Origin: an uncultured Gammaproteobacteria bacterium
GTDB taxonomy: Bacteria; Actinomycetota; Acidimicrobiia; Spongiisociales; SHLN01
Length of the DNA stretch: 64,000 bases
Reading direction: 5' to 3'
Assembly: GCA_964195905.1 (NCBI GenBank)
Contig: CAXMQV010000005.1
Coordinates: 10,326-74,325 of the forward strand
Position numbers and translations under genes: made by a program. This document shows positions 8,660-19,879 of this stretch, piece by piece (position 1 is the stretch's first letter; each line of letters begins with the position of its first letter). Under the pieces are notes generated by a model, which saw only the letters and a list, made by a program, of their open reading frames with translations, was not told the DNA's origin and ran no database searches.

Positions 8660-10075
8660 GTGCATCTCGTGATAACCCCTGAAGAGTCGGCCGTGCTCGA
8701 TGCAGCCGCCACTGATCGGATTGAGGCGCTCATGGAGCGGGCCGGACTGTGGGTGGCGCTGGCTGCCGTCGAGATGGGTGCCGGGTATGGATCTCGGGTC
8801 GCCGTCCTGGCCGGTCCCGGCAACAACGGTGGTGACGCCTATGTGGCTGCCAAGTACCTTGTCGGGAGAGGGGCGAAGGTCGTCGTCTATGCCCGCGGGT
8901 CTCCCAAGGGCGAATATTCGGCCGCTCGCAAGGCGTCTTGCGCCGCCACCGCCGCCGGGGTGCGGGTCCTGCCCTTCGGCCTGCCGGAACCTGCCGATCT
9001 CGTGATCGACGGCCTTTTCGGCTCGGGATTTCACGGAGAGCTCCCGGACGATGTTCTCCCGTGGCTCACCCATACCGCCCCCGTCCTCGCCATCGATGTC
9101 CCCAGCGGGCTCAGCGCTGCGAACGGTACCGTGGCAGGAGAAGCATTTTACGGCGACCGCACAGTGACTTTCCACGCTCTCAAGGTCGGGCATCTCCTCG
9201 GAGAGGGACCAGAACGCTGCGGCCGGCTTGACGTTCGCGATATCGGCCTGGGTGGCGGATCTCCCGAACTTCGCCTGGTCGAAGAGAGCGACGCCATCGT
9301 CCCGAATCGATCTCGAACCGCCCACAAATGGTCGGCCGGCTCGGTGCTCGTTGTGGGCGGGTCTCCCGGCCTAACCGGAGCAGTCATGCTGGCGGCCTCG
9401 AGTGCCCTGCAAGCCGGCGCGGGCGCCGTGGCGGCGGCGGTACCCGGCCGGTGGCAGTCGGCCCTGGAAGCCATGAGCGCGGGAGTGATGACACGGGGGA
9501 TCGGGAACGGAGATCGCTTCGAGACGGCCGACGTGGCCGAGTTGCTGGAGCAGGCGGCTCGCTTCGACGTACTGGCGCTTGGTCCCGGCCTCGGCCTCGA
9601 GCAGGAGAAGCTCGTAGGCGAGCTCATGAGCCGCTGGGACGGCAAGTTGCTCCTCGACGCAGATGGCCTCAACGCGATAGTCGACCCTGGCCAGTTGCGG
9701 AGAGCGGGTGGCACCATCATCACCCCCCATGCCGGCGAATTCGGGCGTTTGACCGGCGATGAGGCCACCTATGGCGCCGCATCCAACCTGGCGAACGCCC
9801 AGGATGTCACGGTGCTCCTGAAAGGCAACCCGACCTTCGTGGCCGGCCCCGGGGCACCGTGGGTGATCACCGAAGGCGGTCCGGAGCTCGCCACCGTCGG
9901 GACCGGCGACGTTTTGACCGGGACCGTGGCGGCGCTGTGGGCCCGGGGGCTCGACGCCGTTGCTGCCGCCCACACCGGCGCCTTCTGGCATGGCCGGGCC
10001 GGGCAGTCGCTGGCCGACTGGACGGTCGTCACCGCCGAGGAGCTCGTCGGAGAGATCGGAGTGGTACTGAGATGA
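8660..10075 (+). CDS. nnr: Bifunctional NAD(P)H-hydrate repair enzyme (epimerase/ADP-dependent dehydratase)
   Basis: YjeF-N motif GPGNNGGDAYVAA. C-terminal carbohydrate-kinase part HKWSAGSVLVVGGS...GTGDVLTG. Confidence 0.88.
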   Translation: MHLVITPEESAVLDAAATDRIEALMERAGLWVALAAVEMGAGYGSRVAVLAGPGNNGGDAYVAAKYLVGRGAKVVVYARGSPKGEYSAARKASCAATAAGVRVLPFGLPEPADLVIDGLFGSGFHGELPDDVLPWLTHTAPVLAIDVPSGLSAANGTVAGEAFYGDRTVTFHALKVGHLLGEGPERCGRLDVRDIGLGGGSPELRLVEESDAIVPNRSRTAHKWSAGSVLVVGGSPGLTGAVMLAASSALQAGAGAVAAAVPGRWQSALEAMSAGVMTRGIGNGDRFETADVAELLEQAARFDVLALGPGLGLEQEKLVGELMSRWDGKLLLDADGLNAIVDPGQLRRAGGTIITPHAGEFGRLTGDEATYGAASNLANAQDVTVLLKGNPTFVAGPGAPWVITEGGPELATVGTGDVLTGTVAALWARGLDAVAAAHTGAFWHGRAGQSLADWTVVTAEELVGEIGVVLR

Positions 10076-11169
10076 GGCCGTCCTGGGTGGAAGTCGATCT
10101 CGAGGCGATCCGCCACAATGTTCGGGAGATCAGCCGGGCGGTTGCTCCAGCCGCGTTCTGCGCGGTGGTCAAGGCCGACGGTTACGGGCACGGCGACGTC
10201 CCGGTGGCCGAGGCTGCCCTCCAGGCGGGGGCTGAGTGGTTGGCCGTGGCGACCGTTACCGAGGGCCTGCGGCTCCGCGAGGCCGGCATCGAAGCTCCGA
10301 TCCTTCTCCTGTCTGAGGCCACGGAGGCGGACGTGGCCGCAATCATTGCTGAGCGTCTCACGCCCACTGTGTACTCGGACGGCTTCCTGAGCGCACTAGC
10401 GGCGGCTGCCGGCGATCCGTTGGCAGTGCACGTGAAGGTCGATACCGGCATGCACCGGGTGGGAACCGATGAAGCGACCGCAGCCGGCCTCGTCGCTCGC
10501 ATCGTGGCCGACCCCGGGCTGCGTCTGGGCGGCCTCTGGACCCACTTCCCGTCGGCGGAGGAAGACCCTGCCTTCACCGGCGCCCAGATCAAGCAACTGG
10601 CTCAGTTCGTCGACGCCCGGGTTGCGGCGGGAGCAGCCCCCGACCTGGTGCACACCGCCAACTCGGCCGGCGCCCTGCTCTATCCCGAAGCCCGATTCGA
10701 TATGGTCCGCATCGGCCTGGCCATGTATGGCTGTTATCCATCACCAGCCTGTCGCGAGGTGGTGACGCTGCAGCCGGCCATGCGGGTCGTCTCTCAAGTC
10801 GTTCATGTCAAGCGCCTCCCCGCCGGGTCCCGACCCGCCTACGGCCGCATCCGGCCATTGGCTGAGGAATCGACCGTGGTCACGGTCCCCATCGGATACG
10901 CCGACGGAATCACGAGGCGGCTGGCCAAGATCGGAGGGGAAGTCCTCATCGGTGGCCGGCGGCGATCCTATGCGGGCATCGTGACGATGGATCAGATAAT
11001 CGTCACCATGGGTGACGATTCGGTGCAGCTCGGCGACGAAGTCGTTCTGCTTGGCCGACAGGGAGACGAGGAGATCGACGCCGACGAATGGGCCGGTCGG
11101 CTGGATTCGGTCAGCTGGGAAGTCCTCTGCGGGTTCGGTCCCCGGCTTCCGAGGCGCTACCGAGGATGA
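10072..11169 (+). CDS. alr: Alanine racemase
   Basis: MRPSWVEVDLEAIRHNV...AVVKADGYGHG (PLP lysine motif). ATGA overlap with nnr. The ORF extension from 9859 is rejected. Confidence 0.92.
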   Translation: MRPSWVEVDLEAIRHNVREISRAVAPAAFCAVVKADGYGHGDVPVAEAALQAGAEWLAVATVTEGLRLREAGIEAPILLLSEATEADVAAIIAERLTPTVYSDGFLSALAAAAGDPLAVHVKVDTGMHRVGTDEATAAGLVARIVADPGLRLGGLWTHFPSAEEDPAFTGAQIKQLAQFVDARVAAGAAPDLVHTANSAGALLYPEARFDMVRIGLAMYGCYPSPACREVVTLQPAMRVVSQVVHVKRLPAGSRPAYGRIRPLAEESTVVTVPIGYADGITRRLAKIGGEVLIGGRRRSYAGIVTMDQIIVTMGDDSVQLGDEVVLLGRQGDEEIDADEWAGRLDSVSWEVLCGFGPRLPRRYRG

Positions 11170-12056
11170 CACTCACCTCCGTTCCCGGTATCGGGGTGGG
11201 TCACTGGACCGACCTGGTCGGCCGTACCGGAGTAACCGTGGTGACGCTCCCCGAGCCAAACCGGGTCGTCGCCGAGGTCCGCGGGGCGGCGCCGGGAAGT
11301 CGCGAGCTGGCCCTGCTGGCCCCTGGAATGCGAGTCGAGGAGATTCAGGCACTCGTTCTCACCGGGGGAAGCGCTTTCGGGTTGGCTGCCGCCGACGGCG
11401 TCGTTCGGGCTCTAGAGACAGAGGGCCGCGGCCATCCGACCGCACGGGGACCGGTTCCGATTGTCCCGACCGCCGTCATCTACGACCTGTTGGCCGGAGA
11501 TCCACAAGCCCGTCCGGGGCCTGAAGAGGGGGCGGCCGCCTATGCGGCCGCCGGCACGATTCCGGTGGCCATGGGCTCGGTCGGCGCTGGGACCGGAGCC
11601 CTGGTGGCCGGGTGGAGAGGGCCTGAGCATTTCCGACCGGGAGGTATTGGCTCCGCCAGCACTCGCTCGGGCCCGGCCACCGTCGGCGCCCTGGCCGTTG
11701 TCAATGCGGTCGGGGATATATTCACGCTCGAAGGCGAACCGCTCACGGGAGGGTCACTGCGATCCGGTCCACCGGCGGCGCTTCCGGCCCCGCTCGAGAA
11801 CACCACATTGATCGTGGTCGCCACCAATGCCCGTATCGAACGTAATGACCTCCTGCGGCTGGCTGTGCGGGCCCAGGATGCCGTTGCCGCCTGCGTACGG
11901 CCCGGCCACACTCGATATGATGGCGACGTCGCCTTTGCCGTCTCGTGCGGCGAGGCAGAGGCGGACCTCGATGCGATCGGAGAAGCGGCGTTCGCGGTCG
12001 TCGGCGATGCCATCGAGGCGGCCATACGATCGGCGGACAGCAAGGAAGAGGGATGA
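11166..12056 (+). CDS. P1/S58 (DmpA-type) family aminopeptidase
   Basis: VPGIGVGHWTD...TGVTVV...LTGGSAFGLAAADGV pattern. ATGA overlap with alr. Confidence 0.7.
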   Translation: MTLTSVPGIGVGHWTDLVGRTGVTVVTLPEPNRVVAEVRGAAPGSRELALLAPGMRVEEIQALVLTGGSAFGLAAADGVVRALETEGRGHPTARGPVPIVPTAVIYDLLAGDPQARPGPEEGAAAYAAAGTIPVAMGSVGAGTGALVAGWRGPEHFRPGGIGSASTRSGPATVGALAVVNAVGDIFTLEGEPLTGGSLRSGPPAALPAPLENTTLIVVATNARIERNDLLRLAVRAQDAVAACVRPGHTRYDGDVAFAVSCGEAEADLDAIGEAAFAVVGDAIEAAIRSADSKEEG

Positions 12057-12679
12057 CGAGCGAAGACCGTGCCGGACGGCTCCGGTTACTGGAGAGCGAA
12101 GCATCTGCCTGTACCGACTGCCGTTTGCACGAAAGTCGCACGACGGTTGTGTTCGGCGACGGGGATCCCGACGCCGACCTCATGTTCATTGGAGAAGGCC
12201 CCGGCCAGCACGAGGATGAGCAGGGCCTCCCATTCGTCGGCCGCTCCGGCAAGCTTCTCTCCACCCTGCTCGAGCGAGTGGGATTGAGCCGCCCCGAGGT
12301 CTATATCGCCAACGTGGTGAAGTGCCGGCCACCGGGCAACCGGGATCCGCGTCCCGACGAGATCGCTGCCTGCAAGGGTTACCTGGTCGAGCAGCTCAAG
12401 ATCATCGATCCCGCGGTGGTTGTCACCCTCGGGAACTTCTCCACCAAGTTGCTGCTCAAGACCGAGGTCGGCATCACTCGAATGCGCGGACAGTCCTACC
12501 CGTGGTGGGGACGCCACGTGGTTCCGACCTTTCATCCCGCCGCCGGCCTCCGCAACGGCCCGGGCGTCGTCGAGGAGATGGTGAGCGACCTGCAATTGGC
12601 CGTTTCTGTCATCGAGCAGCGCCCCGAGCCGGCGCCCGTCGAGATCGACGAACCGCACCAGACGGTGATGTTCTCGTGA
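12053..12679 (+). CDS. udg: Uracil-DNA glycosylase, family 4
   Basis: CTDCRLHESRTTVVFGDGDPDADLMFIGEGPGQHED...VVKCRPPGNRDP...TFHPAAGLR. ATGA overlap with the upstream gene. Confidence 0.85.
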   Translation: MTSEDRAGRLRLLESEASACTDCRLHESRTTVVFGDGDPDADLMFIGEGPGQHEDEQGLPFVGRSGKLLSTLLERVGLSRPEVYIANVVKCRPPGNRDPRPDEIAACKGYLVEQLKIIDPAVVVTLGNFSTKLLLKTEVGITRMRGQSYPWWGRHVVPTFHPAAGLRNGPGVVEEMVSDLQLAVSVIEQRPEPAPVEIDEPHQTVMFS

Positions 12680-13131
12680 GCGTCGAAGTGCTGTGCGCCA
12701 CTTCCGCAGATACGATGGCGGTCGGCCGCCGGCTGGCCGGGCTTCTCCGGGTCGGTGATGTCGTGCTCATCGACGGTGATCTGGGCGTCGGCAAAACCAC
12801 CTTCGTGGCCGGGCTCGCCGAAGGTTTGGGCGTCGACGAGCCAATCACCAGCCCGACATTCATCCTCATGCGGACGTACCCCGGGCTCCTGCCCCTCACT
12901 CACGCCGATGTGTATCGGCTCGACACGCTGGCCGAGATTGAAGATCTCGAGCTCACCGAAGCCTCGTCCGACGGTGTGCTCGCAGTCGAGTGGGGAACCG
13001 CCATCGAACAGTGGATGCCCGCCGACCACCTGGTGGTTCGTATCCGGCTCGCTGAGGGCGAGAATCGTCAGATTGAGCTCATTCCCTACGGAAACTGGGG
13101 CACCCGTCCTCTCGGAGAAGTCACCGCATGA
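12676..13131 (+). CDS. tsaE: tRNA t6A37 biosynthesis ATPase TsaE
   Basis: GDLGVGKTTFVAGL...SPTFILMRTY...HADVYRL. GTGA overlap with udg. Confidence 0.88.
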   Translation: MSVEVLCATSADTMAVGRRLAGLLRVGDVVLIDGDLGVGKTTFVAGLAEGLGVDEPITSPTFILMRTYPGLLPLTHADVYRLDTLAEIEDLELTEASSDGVLAVEWGTAIEQWMPADHLVVRIRLAEGENRQIELIPYGNWGTRPLGEVTA

Positions 13132-13835
13132 ACATCCTCGCCATCGAGACCGCCACCCCGGCCTCCTCGGTCGCGCTGGGGACCGACAGTGCACTGCTCG
13201 CTATGTCGCTGCAGGTCGATCGGCGCGGCCATGTCGGCTTCCTTGTGAACGCAATGGATTACTGCTTTCAACAGGTTGGGTGGACTCCGGCCGAACTGGA
13301 TGCGGTAGTCGTCGACGTGGGCCCCGGGCTGTTCACAGGTATTCGGGCCGGGCTCTCCACCGCCCAGGGGGTGGCAGCGGCGACCGGAGCTCAACTGCTC
13401 GGGATCTCCTCGCTTGACGTGCTGGCGTTCCGGGCTTCGACCGGCCGCCGGATCATCTGGCCCGTTGTCGACGTGCGGAGAAATGAGGTGGCGACTGCCC
13501 CATATCGGCCCGTCCCGGGCGGGGTGCTCAGGGACGGTGCACCGGAGGTCGTGACCCCAGAGGGTCTAGCCGCCCTGCTCGACTCCACTGCCGAGGACAC
13601 ACTCGTGGTGGGAGACCACGAGGCGCTCCCGGCGGGGACTCTGCGGGGCCAGCACCGTGTCAAGGTGGGTCGACCCCGCTGGCCGAGCGCCGATGTGCTG
13701 CTGGAGCTGGCCCGTGCTCGCATGGCAAAAGGGGATCTTCCCGCCCCGGACGATGTCCGACCGCTCTATCTGCGGGATCCGGATGTGACCATCAATTGGA
13801 AGGACTACCGGCAAGAGGCGGGGTGGACCGAGTGA
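13128..13835 (+). CDS. tsaB: tRNA t6A37 biosynthesis protein TsaB
   Basis: MNILAIETATPASSVALG N-terminus. ATGA overlap with tsaE. Confidence 0.85.
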   Translation: MNILAIETATPASSVALGTDSALLAMSLQVDRRGHVGFLVNAMDYCFQQVGWTPAELDAVVVDVGPGLFTGIRAGLSTAQGVAAATGAQLLGISSLDVLAFRASTGRRIIWPVVDVRRNEVATAPYRPVPGGVLRDGAPEVVTPEGLAALLDSTAEDTLVVGDHEALPAGTLRGQHRVKVGRPRWPSADVLLELARARMAKGDLPAPDDVRPLYLRDPDVTINWKDYRQEAGWTE

Positions 13836-14317
13836 TGACCATTCGCCCCCTCGAGCACGGTGATCTCGATGCGGTCCTGGAGATCGAAATGGTGTCATTC
13901 GTGGAACCGTGGTCCCGTTCGCTGCTTGCCAAGGAGGTTGCCCAACCGACCAGGCGTTATGTCGTTGTCACCGATCAGGGCGCGATATGCGGGTACGGGG
14001 GGCTCATGCTGGTCGGAGAGGATGCCCATGTGGTGACCCTGGCGGTTGCGCCTGCACGTCGGGAGCGAGGGGTGGGGTCGCACCTGATGATGGAGCTCAT
14101 CGAGATCGCCCGTGCCAACGGTGCCCGGCACCTGACCCTCGAGGTCCGAGAATCGAACCAAGCCGCCCTCGAGTTGTATCGCAAGTTCGCGTTCGAATCG
14201 GCCGGGACCCGCAAGGGCTATTACACCACCGAAGACGCAGTGGTCATGTGGGCGGTAGACATCGACTCGGCCGGCTATCAGGCGACTCTGAGCTCGATCC
14301 GGGAGAAGGCGTCGTGA
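13835..14317 (+). CDS. rimI: Ribosomal-protein-alanine N-acetyltransferase
   Basis: GNAT fold (RRERGVGSHLM), MTIRPLEHGDLDAVLEIE N-terminus, and the conserved position between tsaB and tsaD. Start is ATG 13835 or GTG 13832. Confidence 0.8.
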   Translation: MTIRPLEHGDLDAVLEIEMVSFVEPWSRSLLAKEVAQPTRRYVVVTDQGAICGYGGLMLVGEDAHVVTLAVAPARRERGVGSHLMMELIEIARANGARHLTLEVRESNQAALELYRKFAFESAGTRKGYYTTEDAVVMWAVDIDSAGYQATLSSIREKAS

Positions 14318-15324
14318 GCGATACTCCGGTGGTGCTCGGGATCGAGACCAGCTGTGATGAGACCGGGCTGGGGGTGGTGGCCGGAACCACGATGCGGTCA
14401 AACGTGTTGGCGTCGCAAGTGGACATCCACGCTCGCTTTGGCGGTGTCGTGCCCGAGGTGGCCGCCCGTGCCCACGTTGAGTCGGTGCGCCACCTCGCCC
14501 ATCGGGCGTTGTCGGAGGCCGGGGTCCACCAGAGCGACCTGGACGGGATCGCGGCTACCCAGGGCCCGGGCCTCGTCGGTGCCCTCGTGGTCGGCTTCAC
14601 GTTTGCCAAGTCGCTGGCGTGGGCGCTCGGCAAGCCATTCATTGCGGTCAACCACATGGAGGGCCACCTGTTCGCTCCGCTGCTGGGCGATTACGACTTC
14701 GCTCCGCCGGCCGTGGTGCTGCTCGCCTCGGGCGGTCATAGCCAAATCGTCCACATGAAGGACTGGGGTGACTACGAGATCCTCGGGTCCACCATCGACG
14801 ACGCGGCCGGTGAGGCCCTCGACAAGACAGCCCGATTCCTCGGGCTCGGCTATCCGGGCGGGCCGGCCATCGACCGCGAGGCCGAGAACGGCGATCCTGC
14901 CGCGATTGCCTTCCCCCGGGCGTTGTCAGACCGTCCATACGACTTCTCCTTCTCGGGCCTCAAGACCTCTCTCATCACCTACGTCCGGGACCATCGCGAT
15001 GCCGGCACGCTGCCACCAATCCCGGATGTCGCGGCCTCGTTGCAGGAAGCGATTGTGGACGTACTCGTCGCCAAGACGTTCAACGCCGTCGATGCCACCG
15101 GCGTCAAAGTGGTCGGCGGCGGGGGAGGGGTCATGGCAAACACCCGTTTGCGGGCCCGGTTGCAGGAGGAAGCAGATCGGAGGGGGGTCACGTTGTTCGT
15201 GCCGCCCCGCGATCTCTGCACCGACAACGGCGCCATGATCGCCGTCGTCGGTGCCCACAAACTCGCCCGCGGCGAATCAAGCGGTTACGGCGGCGACGTT
15301 CAGGCGGGCTTGTCACTGGCGTGA
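14314..15324 (+). CDS. tsaD: tRNA N6-adenosine threonylcarbamoyltransferase
   Basis: VLGIETSCDETGLGVV...NHMEGHL...GGVMANTRLR. GTGA overlap with rimI. Confidence 0.93.
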   Translation: MSDTPVVLGIETSCDETGLGVVAGTTMRSNVLASQVDIHARFGGVVPEVAARAHVESVRHLAHRALSEAGVHQSDLDGIAATQGPGLVGALVVGFTFAKSLAWALGKPFIAVNHMEGHLFAPLLGDYDFAPPAVVLLASGGHSQIVHMKDWGDYEILGSTIDDAAGEALDKTARFLGLGYPGGPAIDREAENGDPAAIAFPRALSDRPYDFSFSGLKTSLITYVRDHRDAGTLPPIPDVAASLQEAIVDVLVAKTFNAVDATGVKVVGGGGGVMANTRLRARLQEEADRRGVTLFVPPRDLCTDNGAMIAVVGAHKLARGESSGYGGDVQAGLSLA

Positions 15325-15340
15325 CAGGTCACCTGTCACC
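15321..15340. repeat. Palindrome gtgacaggtCacctgtcac built from GGTCACC/TGTCACC heptamers, overlapping the tsaD stop
   Basis: 19-nt odd palindrome checked base by base. The same heptamer words recur at 1291, 19933, 26907, 30352 and 43321. Confidence 0.85.
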
Positions 15341-15437
15341 GGCCAGACCCACCAGGTCGCTTCTTGCTGGCAGCCGGCAACTGGTGGCCGCTCTGTCGGG
15401 TATCGATCGCAGCCTCCAATACCTCGCGAAAAACCTG

Positions 15438-15493
15438 TTAGCACTCGCATCGGTTGAGTGCTATATTTAGCGCTCGTAAGTATCGAGTGCTAA
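15438..15493 (+). promoter_or_regulatory. Two tandem CIRCE operators (HrcA sites) with an overlapping promoter
   Basis: TTAGCACTC-N9-GAGTGCTAT (15438-15464) and TTAGCGCTC-N9-GAGTGCTAA (15467-15493), against the consensus TTAGCACTC-N9-GAGTGCTAA. Candidate -35 TTAGCA and -10 TATATT (15462-15467) with an 18-nt spacer. SD aaggagg before groES. Confidence 0.9.
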
Positions 15494-15507
15494 AGGAGGG
15501 GAACCGC

Positions 15508-15795
15508 ATGAAGCTGAAGCCACTGGGCGATCGCATCATTGTAAAACCCAAGGAAGACGAAACCTCGACGACACCGTCGGGCCTCGTGATTCCGGATACT
15601 GCCAAGGAAAAGCCGCAACTCGGCGATGTCATGGCAGTCGGACCAGGTGAGTTCCAGGATGGCGAACGCCTTCCGTTGGACGTCAAGGAAGGCGACATCG
15701 TCGTCTATTCCAAGTACGGCGGAACCGAGATCAAATTTGAAGGCCAGGAATTCTTGATCCTGTCCTCCCGCGACGTGCTCGCGGTCATCGGCTAG
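15508..15795 (+). CDS. groES: Co-chaperonin GroES
   Basis: [14 protein letters not shown]...[13 protein letters not shown]. Confidence 0.96.
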   Translation: MKLKPLGDRIIVKPKEDETSTTPSGLVIPDTAKEKPQLGDVMAVGPGEFQDGERLPLDVKEGDIVVYSKYGGTEIKFEGQEFLILSSRDVLAVIG

Positions 15796-17439
<1,644 letters not shown>

Positions 17440-17491
17440 GGAACTCTTCGAGTTCCTTGGGAGAAAGCCGGCGCTTTGCGCCGGCTTTCTC
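17440..17491 (+). terminator. Two consecutive hairpins after groEL
   Basis: ggaactc-TTC-gagttcc (17440-17456), then gagaaagccggcgc-ttt-gcgccggctttctc (17461-17491, 14-bp perfect stem). No U tract. Confidence 0.6.
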
Positions 17492-17520
17492 CATGCCAGG
17501 GTGGCTTCGCAGTTGGTAGA

Positions 17521-17556
17521 GAGAAGATCCCGGCGCAGAAGCGCCGGGATCTTCTC
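17521..17556. terminator. 16-bp perfect hairpin gagaagatcccggcgc-agaa-gcgccgggatcttctc between convergent genes
   Basis: Checked base by base. May serve either or both convergent transcripts. Confidence 0.55.
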
Positions 17557-17562
17557 GTGGGA

Positions 17563-17590
17563 CTGTCAACTGTCAACTGTCAACTGTCTA
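17563..17590. repeat. Heptamer array CTGTCAA x3 + CTGTCTA
   Basis: The last unit contains the stop codon (cta, 17588-17590) of the minus-strand gene. Confidence 0.85.
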
Positions 17591-19180
17591 CTCCTCCGAA
17601 TTGTCCCCTTCGGCCAGGAGCTCATCGAAGCCCTCAACGACTTGCTGAAGGTCGTCGTCGAGAACGAGGGAGGGATGGCCGGGGCTTACGGGGCGGCCTG
17701 CTTGCAGGAGCAGCCAATCGAAGTCGCCCTCGCGGCCGCGGCGACGGCGGCGTCGACGGGCTCCGACCGATCGGGAGCCGACCCCGAGGACGGCGCCGGC
17801 GCCAAATAGCGTCCAAACCAGAACCCCGACCTGAGGTCCCTCCATGGTGGGATCGAAGAAGGCATTGACGAGGAGCGCGGTCATCGAAAGGATCAGCCAG
17901 AACGCCAGGCTGGCGCGTCCATCCTCACCGAGCTCGCGAAACTGGCGGCGCGCCCGGATCAGGCTGAGGTACCAGCTGGTGAACATTGCCACCCAGAGAA
18001 CGATTCCTACCAATCCCATCCGAGCCAGCACCGACAGGTGCGAGTTGTGCGGATTCCGGAGCGGACTTGACCGATCCGTGTCGGCGACGCCGTAGCGCAG
18101 CGCGACATTCTCGCCGAACCCGAAGCCCGTCAAAACCCGTTCGGGTATGAAAACGTCCTCAACAACGAGTCCCCATAGGTTGAGCCGCCATTGTGTGGTG
18201 TTGTCGAATTGGCCTCCGGAGGTCGCCTCGTCTGTCACCGATTGGATGTTCTCGATTACCTGTTCGACGGACAGTTCTCGGCGATCTAGCTGGAACTTGA
18301 CGTCGAGGGCGGCCGCCAGGATGGCGACCATGATGGCGAGGGCCATGACCCCCAGCATGACGCTTCGAGCGTGACGGGCCGTCGCGAAGACCACCGTCAG
18401 GATGAGGAATGCGGCCAGGAACCCGGACCGACTCTGGGTCCCGACAGACACAACGAGGAGCAGACCCACCAGGGTTAGGCCGGTCGCCCGTCGGCGGAGC
18501 TCCTTGGATGCCGAAGGGCCGATGACGATGATGAAGAAGGCCAGGGCAATGGCGACGTTGACTGCGATGTTGGCCGTCTTGTGGGCGGTCAGGCGGGTCG
18601 ACGAGTCCGGAATTCGGGGGCCGATCGATGCCTGGGCGAAGGCGAAACGAATCAGCATGATCGTGAAGAAGAACGGGATGAAACGGGTGAGGCGGTCGAC
18701 CGTCTCGTCCCACACGCTGGGCTTGTACAGCAGGAGGACCCCGCTGATAAGGGCGAACCCTCCGTAGTACCAGAGGGCGCTATCCCGGACCGCATCGATT
18801 CCCCAGGTGCCGAAGCCCTCAAAGGCGAGTGCGAACCCCCACAGCATGAACAGCATGAGAAACTGAATTGGCCGGCTCACCCGAATGAGGCGTCCGAGAT
18901 GAGGTGTTTGGAGAATCACCCACAGCCCGAACACGAGCGCGATCTCCCCGACGAAGATCGGAGTTCCGGGAATGTGGATCCAAGCGAAGGCGCGATCGAA
19001 GAGCAGATAGCCGGTCAGGATCAGCCCCATCACCCGGCTGAGGAGGAGGAAGTTGTGGTCGAGTCGGCGCCCAGCCACCGATCGTCGGGACCGGGGCGGA
19101 ATGTAGACCGGGGGTGGTTGGGGAGTCTGTGTCGTCATGGGGCGCGCCGGGGTCATCGTACCGAGAATCCGGGCCTCCAC
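17588..19180 (-). CDS. O-antigen ligase/polymerase (Wzy_C-like) family polytopic membrane protein
   Basis: About 10 or more hydrophobic helices, a central VGTQSRSGFLAAFLIL motif typical of the family, and an Arg-rich acidic tail. Start may be M1, M9 or M15. Confidence 0.55.
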   Translation of the reverse strand: MEARILGTMTPARPMTTQTPQPPPVYIPPRSRRSVAGRRLDHNFLLLSRVMGLILTGYLLFDRAFAWIHIPGTPIFVGEIALVFGLWVILQTPHLGRLIRVSRPIQFLMLFMLWGFALAFEGFGTWGIDAVRDSALWYYGGFALISGVLLLYKPSVWDETVDRLTRFIPFFFTIMLIRFAFAQASIGPRIPDSSTRLTAHKTANIAVNVAIALAFFIIVIGPSASKELRRRATGLTLVGLLLVVSVGTQSRSGFLAAFLILTVVFATARHARSVMLGVMALAIMVAILAAALDVKFQLDRRELSVEQVIENIQSVTDEATSGGQFDNTTQWRLNLWGLVVEDVFIPERVLTGFGFGENVALRYGVADTDRSSPLRNPHNSHLSVLARMGLVGIVLWVAMFTSWYLSLIRARRQFRELGEDGRASLAFWLILSMTALLVNAFFDPTMEGPQVGVLVWTLFGAGAVLGVGSRSVGARRRRRRRGREGDFDWLLLQAGRPVSPGHPSLVLDDDLQQVVEGFDELLAEGDNSEE

Positions 19181-19282
19181 TCAGTGTCGGTACCGATCCT
19201 GGCGGCCTTGAGGCCCAGGTCCGACGGGGCCGTCCGGCGCGGACGTTTCCAGTGCCCGACCAACGATGGGGCGGTCGACCCG

Positions 19283-19879
19283 CTAGCCGGTTAGCCAGCC
19301 TGCCTCGACGTAGCGCGGCCTGCAGGCGGCGTACTCGTGCTCGAGCAGGCCCCATATGGAGTGATCCATCCATTCATCGTTCACCTGGAGCTCCTGTCGT
19401 AGGAGTCCCTCGCGGGTGAAACCGAGCTTCTCGGCGACGCGCTCACTCCCGCGATTGCCGACCGCGATGCGGAGTACGACTCGATGCAGCATCAACTCAT
19501 CGAACGCCACTTCGAGGATACGGGCGGTGGCCTCGGTGGCTACATTCTTGCGGGTTTCGGTCGATCGAATCCAATACCCCACCTCGCCGACCCGCGACTG
19601 ACGGGAGATGTACCAGACAGACACGTTGCCGACGTGAAAAGCCGGGTCTTCGAGATAGCGGATGGTGAAGTCGAAGGCGCGGCCCTCGCCCCATGCCGAA
19701 ACGGAATCCCGGAGAAAGACGAGCGCATCGCGGCGTCCATATCCCGAATGGGCCCACGGGAGCCACCTGGTGAGATCGGTGAGCGAATCGGCGGCGGCAT
19801 CGACAAGGGAATCGAGGTCGCGGCGCCGAAAGGGTCGCAGTTCCAGCCGCGGGGTGAACCGGGAGCCACCGGTGAGCAT
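19283..19879 (-). CDS. GNAT N-acetyltransferase (RimJ/RimL-like)
   Basis: LELRPFRRRDLDSL...GEVGYWI...RKNVATEATARILEVAF...HRVVLRIAVGNRGSERVAEKLGF. ATG 19879 is preceded by SD ggaggga; the ORF is open to 20026. Confidence 0.75.
   Translation of the reverse strand: MLTGGSRFTPRLELRPFRRRDLDSLVDAAADSLTDLTRWLPWAHSGYGRRDALVFLRDSVSAWGEGRAFDFTIRYLEDPAFHVGNVSVWYISRQSRVGEVGYWIRSTETRKNVATEATARILEVAFDELMLHRVVLRIAVGNRGSERVAEKLGFTREGLLRQELQVNDEWMDHSIWGLLEHEYAACRPRYVEAGWLTG

Noticed and set aside
9859-10071. Upstream in-frame extensions of alr, the DmpA-like gene (11088), udg (11945), tsaE (12322), rimI (13796), tsaD (13909), groES (15454), acpS (8136) and pcrA (30382).
   Set aside because: The extensions overlap the preceding well-supported CDS and translate to Arg-rich nonsense. 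Internal starts give canonical N-termini and 4-nt stop/start overlaps.
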